DNA of 63,353 nt, filler included, from Choristocarpus tenellus KU-1152 (GCA_964200185.2; 10 parts of 10 records of this genome joined end to end with filler, not necessarily neighbours in it), one strand, 5' to 3'. Shown: positions 52,083-63,353, counted from the whole stretch's first letter. Notes: generated by a model from the letters alone, not told the origin. A program made the numbers and translations.

Positions 52083-52805
52083 AGGTTGTGGTATATTGTT
52101 GATCATAGAGAGGAGTTGTTGATATCGGCACTCCTCCTGCATGATAGGGATATGGAGGGCATGGTCCACACTCAGCCAGGGAGAATCTTGACCATATTCC
52201 GTCATCAGCTTCTGCCCCACAAGATGGTGCAGTTGTGTTGATTGGAACAAAACAGTACATAGCTCTTTGTGTTGAACCCACCTCTATGGCTGCATTGAGC
52301 ATCTTAGACATTTCTGCCACCGATGCCCTCTCCTCCTCAGACTTGAAATGCTCAGGTCTGGGTGGCAACGGCACGTCGACTTCCAATTACCTTCCTCGCG
52401 TGCATGTGGTGGGAGGGCTTGAATCTTGAGATGCTGCACAAGCGCTGCCCCGCTGCCACTCTTCTCACAAGTGGAGTATGTAACTCTAGCTTTAACGTAT
52501 GTGTCATACCTCATCCCGGGTCGTAGTTGGCTGTAGCCCCAGATTGTTGAGGAATTTCTCCATTTCCCCTTGTGACCACAGGCATTCAAAGTACAGGTGT
52601 TGACAAGCAAGGCAAGTATGAGGTAATTTCTCAAGGTCAACAGCTGATGGTGACTAGACATCAAAGAACTGCCCTCATTTGCATTGATGGGCATCTTACA
52701 AGAAGTAGGGTAGAAGGTCATACTAATCAATTGTCGGTTTGTGTAAGTCATGCACTCAGATGAGATGGCTGATGAACAAGTTGTTGGTATCATTTTGTGT
52801 GTGAT

Positions 52806-52985
52806 GACCCAAAGTATCCGAGGGTGGGGGGGGTCTACACCAGGGTGTCCATTTGGTCCATCAGGAGTAAAAGCGTACTTAAATTATCCATCCGACGTAT
52901 GCAACCAAATCACCCCCAAAAAATGCGTCATTCAAAATTTGGCCCCAATTGGATAGCGGCCACCCCCCTCCAGATACTTCGAGCC
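52806..52985 (+). mobile_element. Family-B MITE, complete, with a perfect TGAT TSD
   Basis: TGAT|GACCCAAAGTATC...GATACTTCGAGCC|TGAT. Confidence 0.9.
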
Positions 52986-54299
52986 TGATGAGGATACCAG
53001 CATCTAAGATTTGCTCGAATCTGCTACTATATACACAAGACGGTATCTTCTTTTCAAAATTCCACTGTGTCGACATTTTTTCCTGTGTGACTCGTCTCTC
53101 CCTGTCCATCCCCAAACAAAAACCTCACATCGACTAAAGTCTACTTTGATATAACGTGATTACCAACACACATGCACCACTTCAGGTACATGTGTGCTGC
53201 TCTGCTGCATCACCAAACAACAATAGTACACACCATCCTCACTCACACACACACACCCCTATGACCCCCCCTAAAAAAAGGTTTCACTTTCTAAACTCTG
53301 CTATACAGTCTGCTTGTGATGGCCTGTGCCTTTCCCTTCTTGTGGCTCTCTCTTCTAGTTGTCTGTTTGCATGTATATTCTAATATATATATTTATTTTA
53401 TTCTCTGGACTCTCCTCTTGTTACCGCCCCTAACTCCACCACCGCCTATTACAAGCCTTCACCATTCACACGTCGCACAGAAACAAGCTTTCGACAACTA
53501 GTGGCTGGGTACCACCATCAACCAACCAGGGTAGAGCAAACACGTGTCACTGCCCACTGAGTTGTCAGGGCAGCGTCAGGAAGTAGCTCTAGCACCACAT
53601 CCCCGTGAACAGTGGAGTCCAGGACCGGCTATCCTGAGTATTGCAATGGCGTTGAGGGGTTGGGGGTCACCCTGGAAAAGCAGTATGTACGTGAAAATAT
53701 CGTTTTCTTTTCCTCTTGGCCATTTTGACTCCAATAGTATGACAATCTAAGTAGTACGCCAAGGGTCCATACACATCCCTCGCACACACTGAACAATCCC
53801 ACTCCAGGCTACTGTGTAAGAATCTACTTCTGTTATCCAGAGTTGAAGTAAATTTTAGAGCTCACAAAACTCACTCTAGAATATTGGTATGGAGATAAAA
53901 GTCTACTAAAGAAATATGGAGTTATTGAATCATATACCGAGGCTACCACACCACAACAATACTTGCCGCGCTGGTCCAGTCACCCAGCTTCACCTGTAGG
54001 TTCCAAGTAATGCCTACTACTCTGGAGTGTTTTGAAGTAGAACGAAAGGGTAGCTGTATTAGTAGTATGCAACACCTTCATTACACGAAAAAATAATGTC
54101 TGTGAAGAGAGTTCTAACACGACCAAGGGGGAAAGGTATACCTCCACAAATATTTCACCACCATTCGTATAGGTACAGACCCACTACGAAGCCACAAACA
54201 GAATGTCACCCTGTAGATTTCTTAGCTCATCCCTCGTACAAACAATCATCCTCTCTCCTCAACACACCTCAGAAGGCCACGGTGGTGTGCGAAATCCAC

Positions 54300-56540
54300 C
54301 CCCAAGGCTAGGCACACCACTGAGCTTCTGCCTGGATCCATAGTGGGCAGAAGTCTCCAGGATCACCTGGAAGTCCTCCACAATATCACGGTCTCTCTTC
54401 CTGAAGTCCAGGTTGGCGGGGTCAGTAGGGGGTCGAAAGGTATTTTGTTGCCCTGTATGATTCTGTGTGGTCACCGCTGCTTGTGCCGCGGCAGCAAGTG
54501 CAGCTTGTACCTGAGTGATTCAGCGACCGAGTAGGAATTAGATATTGTTATGGCATCAACGTATCGTGTTAGCTTGGTGGTGCAACGTACAGGCCAATCG
54601 ATCGATTTAGGTATTGCTTCTCTATACCATGACCGAATTTTGGTAGATACTAATGTAATGTAGCAGATACTGCATTGACTGACCCGTGCGGCCTCCTCTG
54701 CTTGCTTGAGGAGCTTGGTCTTCTCCATCTCCACCTTTATTGCCGTGGCCCTCTCAATGGCAGCCCTCCACACTATGTGGGTGGAGGCGATGTAAGCACT
54801 GAGCTTTCTTGCACACTCAGCCTCTTGTGCTGCTTTGACCCTCTTCCTCCTCGCCTCGGTCTCTGCAGCTCGCACAACTGCGGCCTTCCACACCCTATCG
54901 GCGTGAGCAATATATGCTAGTCGGGCCTGGTGCAGCGCCAACCTCTGCCGCTCTGCCTCCTCCTCTGCTCGCTGCTGCTTCCGCAGCTCCTCTCTCTCCC
55001 TCCCGAACAGCTTCCTCCACCCTCTGGGAGACTCTTCAATGACTTCACGGCGCATACCCATATACCTGTTCCTAACCCCGGCTCCTGCTTCTGGGAATGA
55101 ACAGGCAGCGTATCTTGTTTTGTGTGTCACTTAATTAGCAGGGCGAATGTTCATTGCATCTATTCCTTGGTATTTTGCCTGACACCGCATTGCTATTTCT
55201 GGACCTCTGTGGTGTATATATTGTGTATATATACATAGAGAGTGGTAACTATTTGGACGATTGGGATCATACGCTCCCACTCTTAATCAACAGTAGTGAG
55301 GTCAATAGGATTGGGACACTCAAGAGTTGGAGTTGTGGAGCTGTGATGGCATTCTTGGCTAAGGCTCTTATGGGGGTAGAGCAGATTTCACATGCAAAGG
55401 GGTGACTATTTCCCATTCTCTCGAGGCTTACTGTGGGGGAATCTACCCATATGTACGGCTGGTATGTGCATCATGAGCAAAATCACACTTACCTAGAAAA
55501 CTGTTGGATCGACCAGGAAGAGCACCCCTTGATGCCACCGAAGCATGGGCCCGTTGGGTGTGTGACGAAACTGTGTAGACTAGAGCCCCACCTGCGTTCC
55601 ACGTCAAGGAAGGGACTGCTGCCCATACTCCTACCCCCTGAACCCTCTGTGGCGTGTTACTGGGTGCTGCAGCTAGGGGGACGACTTGCGAATTGACTCC
55701 ATTCCTCGAAAATTGTGTTACTACGGTGTCTTTCACCTCCTCTCCTGTCCTCTGTTGTACGGCCATCATGGGGAGCGGCGATGAGGGCGGTGGGGAAGAG
55801 AGGTGAGCAAGGACTGAGTGGTGAATAGTGGCGCTTTGTTGTACGTGTGGTGGGAGCAAGACGGATGGGAAGGTATTGTCGGAATCCCAAAGCGTGACTG
55901 AATAACACAGTGTGTGGAGTGATACAAATCACTTTTACTGAGAGTCCCTACATGGTGACTAGAGCTATTCGGTAAGAGTTCCATTCTTGATGCCGACGTC
56001 AAGATCGCCGTGTTGCTACACAACAATCGTCCCACCAAACTTGGCCCTATGATCCCACAACCCGGTCCTTGTCTGGTTTGTCGGATGGGCACTGGTACTC
56101 GAGCAGGTATATGTACCCCTTTGGGTGCCTCCACCTCCCGTGGTACGGGCGGGAAGTTCCCCTCGAGTCGAAACCCTCCAACAGCCTGCCAGTGACCTGA
56201 CCTCCAAAACCATTGGAACTAAACCAGCCACGTCGGTCTGACTGTGGTTTGATTTTACAACTCACTCGACTAGTTCCTCCCACTGCACCACGCGCACCCC
56301 CCGAGATGGTTCCTTGATGGTTACCGCCTGTGCTCGAGGCATGCCTCGAATGCCCACTTGGGTTGTTCACTCCGTTAGACAATGTCCACCTTCCCGGTCC
56401 CCCGCGTTTCTTGGGGGGCTCGTTACAATCCATAGGAACAGCAGCAGATCGTCGGTTTCCGCCTCCTGCTTCCGACGTTTGTGCCTCAACGTTGTTGATA
56501 TGCTGTCGTCACGAGAACCTGAGCCTAATCTTCGTTGGGG
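54300..56540 (-). pseudogene. Unknown gene or pseudogene: coiled-coil ORF (54471-55130) plus upstream fragments, one weakly Tudor-like
   Basis: E/R/A-rich helical ORF with internal repeat AYIAxxxxVWxAAxxRA; the 56047-56433 ORF has VTGRLL..F...YHG...YLLEY; stops lie between the pieces. Confidence 0.4.
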
Positions 56541-56955
56541 GTAGAAGAGAATATGATGGTGAAGGGACGGACGGTTATACCTTGGGCTGTTGATGTGTGT
56601 ATGTTGAATTTTATGTGTGGTCGTATCAAATTTATCACCAAATAGTGTTTGTGCGATTTTCTGAACTTCGGTCGGATCCTATCGTAATCCATGTTGTGGA
56701 TTGGTTTGTGAATAGGTATGTCGCTCCTATGTTTGTGAAACTGGTTGTTAGTTGACTTCCCACAAGAAAAAGAAGCAATCTACTCACCACTGCGAAATGA
56801 ACTCGTCATACACGAAACACCAATCACATTAGCACCCAAATGGATGAAGTCATGTTTGGTGGGTTGTATTTACTCATCTACTATATTCGTTCATATTGTA
56901 TTACGTAGGTGTTATTATATTTTTGAGGATGAACCTCATCAATACACATGACTTG

Positions 56956-57025
56956 TGAGAGCCATATTCCACAGAAGGTATACCCTGAAGGTAACCTATC
57001 TTGAACATCATGTATAAGGTATACC
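56956..57025 (-). repeat. Second copy of dispersed repeat family D at a contig end
   Basis: Inverted match to 18296-18335. Confidence 0.7.
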
Positions 57026-60000
57026 NNNNNNNNNNNNNNNNNNNNNNNNNNNNNNNNNNNNNNNNNNNNTTAATTAATTAANNNNNNNNNNNNNNNNNNN
57101 NNNNNNNNNNNNNNNNNNNNNNNNNCCACTATCTCTGCAAGGAGTCCCTCAGCTAGCCCAAGGAAACTGCCAAGGAAGGAGGATGGAGGGGGGGGAGGGA
57201 GGGGGATATGAGAATAAAGTCAAGAAAAGGCAGCAGTTGCATGTAATGCAGGAGGTGTACACCCAACTTGATAATATAAATGTACATATTTTATATATTA
57301 TTTACTCTCCTCCAAATAGACGTATCATTATTTTTGGAGGATAGAACATTGGAGTGCAGACTGAGAAAGAGAGAGAGGATACTTACCTTCTGCCCAATAC
57401 GATTCGGAGCGTGCACAGAAACCCTGAGTGAATCTTCTCAAAACAGTGACACACACCATGTGTGTACTCCTCCCAACAGTCACTTTCATCTACTTTCTCT
57501 TTTCATGTTGTGTATTTTGCAGTCCAACATGTAACCCCCCCAAAAAAATATATAGTCTACATTATAGTCTCTCCCCCCTCCCCACTCTCACCAACCCCTC
57601 TTCCCCTTCTGATTTTGTATTGTTATACCACAATATGAACTCCCCAAATAGATAACCTCATTTCTCTCACCACTAGAGGAGGGTTCCTGTGACGCAGCAT
57701 CATAGATCAAAATCAACCACTTGCCATCCAGGCAGAAAGAGACCACACCCAAACCCAATAGAACAGACACCTCCATCTCCACCACCCCTCACACAGACAC
57801 ACTTCCTCAAACAAGATTCTTAGCTCAACCCCCAAGTCTCCTCAGGAACCCTCCTTCTTCTGTTGCTGTAAGGGCAGCAGCACCCTTCTGTGCTGGTTAC
57901 ACATGCTGGACATAGTACCATCACACACACACACCCCGGCCTCTCTCTCTCTCTGCTCATATACACGCCTCCATATTGTCTGACGCACCTGTAGTATGAA
58001 CACCCACAGTAAATGAGTTAGTTTAAAAAACCAGGCTTCTTGCCATGCTATCTTCATGAGTACTTGGACCATAGACCAAATGTCTAGTATAACAAGAGTG
58101 ATCTTTCCCTCCCCCTCCCCTGTCAAGCAGTGAAAAGATAGTGACTGAATGGAGCTATCAGTATTGTGTTTTTGGTGAATAAAGCTTAAACAAAACAGGA
58201 AGGAGGAAGTATTGAGGGATACAAGTAGAATAGAAACTCAAGGCGGATTGACTGAAGATGCCTGAGGTCTCAATGACAATGAACAAAAATTCAATGGCCA
58301 ACAGACTGATAGGCAACAAGGTAGACTAGGTAAAGATTGCCTCCATGGACAAGTTTCGCTCACTCCATTTTGACCAATTGCTTACAATAATAACATACAC
58401 AACCAATCTTCTGAGCAGTGCTGGGGAACATCATTGTTACTTAACCCCCCCATCCCCCCACCTCTCCATGTCAGAATAACATTGCATTGAATACCATCTC
58501 CCCAACATAGTGCAGTCCAAAGACAAAGACATCTACCACTACACCATACACACAATGAAATTGCTCACAATACCACAACAGTCATCTTTCCTCCTCCATC
58601 ACTATTTTCAAATCACTACTAAGCTTTTCCCTTTCCAACACAAACAAAGAGTCATTCCATAAACAATAGGTGAAGGCTACATACTAGCTCACTCACTCCC
58701 TTTCCTACCCAGGCAACACTTCACAATGGCATCCATAATTCCTCTGCTACACATCTGAACAGGATTGCAGTCAACAATACACAACCCTAACCCTAACCCA
58801 ATTCACCTCTACACCAAAACAGTACCGTACAACTGTCTCCAACAACCAGAGGTGCTGCATTTATTGGCCCTCAAACACAAAATATTAGCAAAGAAGGGTC
58901 ATGTCAGTCATGCAGGGGACATAGACAGGGTTAGGGCTTACTAGACAATACAGTATGACCATTAAAGAAATGTTCACAGTGTGTTGGGTTATACCTTACA
59001 CCATCAGGGATGTACCCTATATTGTCATGAGGACCCATTAGCCCCCCCAAATTGGGTAAACATTACCTCATCCCTGATATATTGTGAAAACAGTGACCCA
59101 ACACATTGTGGAACCCTAACACTACAAATAGTTAATCCCAGTACCATTACCTTTAATGCAACCCTAGCCCCAATTTCTTGGAATGTTACTGCATGGTGTT
59201 CTGTGTGTGTGGAAGTGTGAAGTGTGCCAGGGTCTCAATGCACAGAGCAATGGACAACAACCATATCATGGTTGTGCCTGGGATGCCAATACATAGTAGC
59301 ACTACCCCACCAGCAGTCATTTTTCCTGAGAAAGAAGGTTCTTCCACAAAGTCACTCCCACCCTCATTGTCATATTTAAGACTCACCGGTTTCTCCTTGC
59401 AATAGTAGATTCAAGTAGAGCTGCCAACAGAGTGCTAAAGTGGTCGACATTTTGTTCATACAGTAATTTCACAATCACCATTCTAAAATACACACATATC
59501 AAGACCAAGTGCCTTCCTCATACTCTCCTCTCTCTGCACCTCTAACTGGATAATATTTCTAACTTTAAGGACACTACAAAAAATATAAAAATGGAAACAT
59601 GAGAAAGTGAACATCTAAAAATCTGTAGTAGCTCTTACATCCCCACAGATGGGTCCTACTACAAAATATGCAGGTTCAACTTTCTTCAAGGCAATAACAA
59701 AACATCACACTGTAGTGTTGGTAGAAATAAAAAATAGTAGACATGTTAATAGCCACTTAGATATACAACTCAGTATATCCTACATCCATCTTGGAAAGAA
59801 ATGAAAACAAACCTAACCCTTACCCTAGACACTCTTATCTCCAAAATACGAGGAGAACAAGCAACCACAACTGCTCTCTTAATGCCTCCGCAATTTGATA
59901 AAGCCCTTACCTTGTTTTTACACCTCTCAACATGGTTGCCACTCTTTTCACAATCACAGAATCCCTATGCCAACCAAACAACTGTCTAATCTAACCCTAA

Positions 60001-60390
60001 CCCTGAGCAGGCAGGTAGAGTACCAAAAGACTGAGAAATAGATATACATAAATATACACATATATACGTTTTTGGGAGGAGTCCCATCCTATCTGTACCC
60101 AGTTGAAGAGAAAGTGAATGTTGAGGGCAGAGTGGATACAGTCTGCCAAAACATCCAACATGCTGAGCACAGTAACCTGGATACCAAGGTGCAGTTGGTT
60201 AGGGAGGAAGGCAGTCCTATTCATATGGTAGAGGAACAACAGTAAGTGGGTGACACAGGTGCACAGCTGTGTCCACAGTAGAAGAGAAGGCCTGCAAGGC
60301 AATCTCCAACCTCACATTCAAGTCTAAGGTCAATGGTATCCTTCAACATACAACCTGGTCCACAAAAGACAAAGCAAAGCACCTCCTGCA

Positions 60391-60684
60391 CCGTCAGTCA
60401 AATCACAGTCATACAGTGACCCGATCCAATCCAATCAACACTATGATATCTCCATGGAATTTCGCCTGCAATGCTTCAATGCAGACAAGAAGGCGCTGCT
60501 GACTGTCTTGCAACAGCTCTTCTACATTGAAGCATTGCAGCGAAAATCCATAGACTTGGTGTAGTGTTGATCCGATCGGATCTTACAGCACCTTGTCTGC
60601 ATTGAAGCATTGCAGAGAAATCTCAATGAGTTGGGGTAGTGTTGATCGGATCGGGTCACCATCTGACTGTGACGTAGCTGACAG
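60391..60684. mobile_element. Fold-back element with ~100-bp imperfect inverted arms
   Basis: 60466-60489 is the exact reverse complement of 60592-60615; similarity extends outwards to CCGTCAG / CTGACAG. Confidence 0.75.
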
Positions 60685-61479
60685 TACATGGGACGCTTTG
60701 CTTACTCTTCTGTGAACTGCATCGCACATTCAGATATACTAGTCACCATACACTTGATTGCAAGATTGGATTGCGCTTCCCCTCTTTCGTGGCCACACCT
60801 ACACATCCGGGCTGACAGTCATCCGGCTTTGCGTACAGTGCTGCTTTTCTACCGCTTAGAACGAATGATCAAGGTGCGTCAAATGGCTGCGCATGGGTGC
60901 CCACCGTACCCATATTCTCATCGAATGACTGGAATCCGAGGGAGGTTATCGAGGCTTCCAACCTATCCATCCCCACCATACTTGACTTAATGGTATCCTT
61001 AGAGGTGGGTCCTTCACCTTCAACATCACCTTTAAGACTGTTCGTGACCACCACGACCTCTGACGCTTGGGCTTCCATACTCCGGTGTCTGGATGAGACA
61101 TGTTGGGTAGGTGGTGGGGTTGATACCTAACACCAAGGGTCCTGGACCGAAGAGAAGAAAGGCCGACTACACACCATGCTTGTCACTCACTCTCTCTCCC
61201 TCCCTCTTCAATCTCTATCGGTTGTGGGCAACGAAGGGTCGGTAGATGGTGAGGGTTTGCCTGCATGTATAGGAATGTCTGCAACAAGAAACTGAAATGT
61301 TGCAACTATTAAACGCAGTCTGGTTTCGATCTTTTCTCTCACCTGTGCAGCACAAGTGACCTGGGTGATTTTCCATTTGAATGCTGTTCAATGAAGTTAG
61401 GTGTCATGCCTTCACCGAACTTTGTGGCCAAACTTCCACATCCACATTGGTAATGAGCCTTCCCACATCCATTTCACCG

Positions 61480-61873
61480 CACCAATTCCATATAGGGACT
61501 ACAAATGAGAATCCTCAATCCAATGCTGTGATGGATATCTTACAGGAGCGAATGACGCTATACGTTCGTACTCCTAGCACCAATTCCATGTAGGGACTGC
61601 ACCTGAGCATCCTCAATCTAATGCCGTCATGGATACCTTAACGGAGCGAATGAAGAGATACGTTCGTACTCCTAGCACCAATTCCATGTAGGGACTGCAC
61701 CTGAGCATCCTCAATCCAATGCCGTCATGGATACCTTCCCGGAGCGAATGAAGCCATACGCTCGTATTCCTCGCACCAATTCCATGTAGGGACTGCACCT
61801 GAGCATCCTCAATCCAATGCCGTCATGGATACCTTCCCAGAGCGAATGAAGCCATACGCTCGTATTCCTAGCA
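61480..61873 (+). repeat. Tandem repeat, 98-bp unit x4
   Basis: CACCAATTCCAT.TAGGGACT recurs at 61480, 61578, 61676 and 61774. Confidence 0.93.
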
Positions 61874-62816
61874 GGGTGTATCCCTGATTGATGCACTTAA
61901 TACCAGTTGTTATTGAAACATGTTATGGAAGGAAAGAATCACCATGGAAGGCCTCCCCACGCTTCCAACGCACCGTATCGCGAATCACTTGCAAATAGAA
62001 TACACCTCCAAATATATGCCTCCTCGTGTGTCTTGCGCGCTAGAGGAACAAATCTTCTTGTCGGTTTCTCCGTGATTCAAACCTCACGCACTCAATACAG
62101 AAGGGGCTAAATGGTTCAGAAACTCCTGGGGAATTTGAAAAAAACACAGATCTTGGAGGATGCGGGGAGATCGCATCGTAGTGGTACGGAATTCGTACAC
62201 ACTCCCAACCACGCATCACTTTCATTTCATGTAGTAACAACCAACGAGTGTAAGCGTCAGTAGCTCTAACAAACGAGTGAGGTTGGCAGAGCATCCAGAG
62301 AACATAAAAATATATCAACAACATATTCAGCCATCGGGTTTCATCGCATGACTTAGGCGCACCTCTCCTAGCCTCTGTTTTTGGACGTATTGATCAGGTT
62401 AGAGTTGGACACCGTGTTGAACCCAATCGAGATTCGATAGATTCGATCGTTCGGTAACCCGAAACTTGAGTGAGTTTGAAAACTCGAAGTCGAAGCAGAC
62501 GGTAATCAGAGGGCGAGAGGCGTCTATTCCATAACATCTTCAGTCTATATTACTCTTCGACTTGAATGTAACACATACATATGATTGGTTGTCGATAAAG
62601 GCATTCATTCTCATATTGTTGTATCGATGTGCTTGGATGGAACGAGACCTCGCCTCACTGTTTACAACTCTATAAATTTATTATATTGACTGATTATCAC
62701 ATACTTTACTTTCCCTGCCTAGTGTTTCCAACCCCAACATAAAATGTCTCATCCACCCTCAAGCATTTAATTGTGTCACCTACACATCTTCCCTCCCATG
62801 CACATAGGTAAACAAC

Positions 62817-63069
62817 GAGCCAAAGTATGTTGGAGGTTAGAGCCGCGTCCATTGGGGGTCCAAAATCAAATGTTGCGATTTGGATGTAATTTTGGCTATC
62901 ATGTTAGTTAGGAAGTGTCAGTATCTTGTTCCGGACACACCTTTTCATAACATACACATTTTAACTACTCCTAAATATTTTGAAGTAGGAAAATGTCATA
63001 AAAATCCCAAGGGAATCCAAGCGCTAAATGGACAGAGCAAAACTCGTACCCTCTAATATATTTTCACTC
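62817..63069 (-). mobile_element. Family-A MITE with a perfect CAAC TSD
   Basis: CAAC|GAGCCAAAGTATG...TTTTCACTC|CAAC. Confidence 0.9.
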
Positions 63070-63274
63070 CAACATATATTTACTCCACTCCATCCTCCCA
63101 CCAATTCATTTTTGACCAAAGGAAAACAGTCCATGCCAGCAGTAGTACATCGTGCTATTCTCCACAGATAAAATACCTCCAAACCTGGATACTCAACAAC
63201 AGCCATAGACCAAGCACCACATCTGACAAACCAGCAGGAACACTAAGGTACAAATTGCTCTATCTGATGATGAG

Positions 63275-63353
63275 GACCCAAAGTATCTGGGGGGGTGGGA
63301 GGGGTCTACACAAGGGTGTCCATTTTGGACCAAAATCGGGAAAAGTGCAGTTG
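63275..63353 (+). mobile_element. Family-B MITE left part, truncated by window end
   Basis: GACCCAAAGTATCTGGGG...AGGGTGTCCATTTT...AAAAGTGCA. Confidence 0.85.

Noticed and set aside
6574-57125. Repeated TTAATTAATTAA palindromes within N-runs, and any gene neighbourhood across them
   Set aside because: Artificial scaffold spacers; adjacency between contigs (for example SMYD next to GOX) is not biological evidence.
57385-60300. Possible small minus-strand exons (about 57387-57424 and 60177-60291)
   Set aside because: Splice-like sites are present, but no recognisable product or consistent frame.
61480-61873. CRISPR-like array
   Set aside because: Units are wholly repeated with no unique spacers, there are no cas genes, and the context is eukaryotic.
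62412-62575. TTCGA-rich block with weak GTGTT/AACAC inverted ends
   Set aside because: TIR too degenerate, with no TSD or second copy to support a call.

Overview
Eukaryotic nuclear DNA, probably from a brown alga or a close photosynthetic stramenopile (inferred from EsV-1-7 Cys-repeat exons, TTAGGG tracts and intron style). The window is not contiguous: about 10 short contigs are joined by artificial 100-nt N44-TTAATTAATTAA-N44 spacers. Recognisable intron-containing genes are a SMYD-type SET/MYND methyltransferase head-to-head with a large disordered-protein gene, the 3' part of a peroxisomal FMN-dependent glycolate/2-hydroxyacid oxidase (ends in SKL), the 3' end of a DDX11/Chl1 helicase, an EsV-1-7-repeat gene, a lone kinase exon and several unknown genes. 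There are also decayed Ty1/Copia elements. Two signals stand out. (1) An intact 6-exon gene at 32159-36299 appears to fuse a PHD-like zinc finger, a catalytically degenerate beta-class N6A/N4C DNA-methyltransferase fold and a degenerate SET-like domain. (2) About 18 copies or ends of three internally unrelated MITE families share bipartite ends (outer AAAGTATCT, inner GTCCATTT), and the two ends differ in spacing by about one helical turn; 4-bp TSDs are visible on several copies. All domain calls were made by eye, without database searches.
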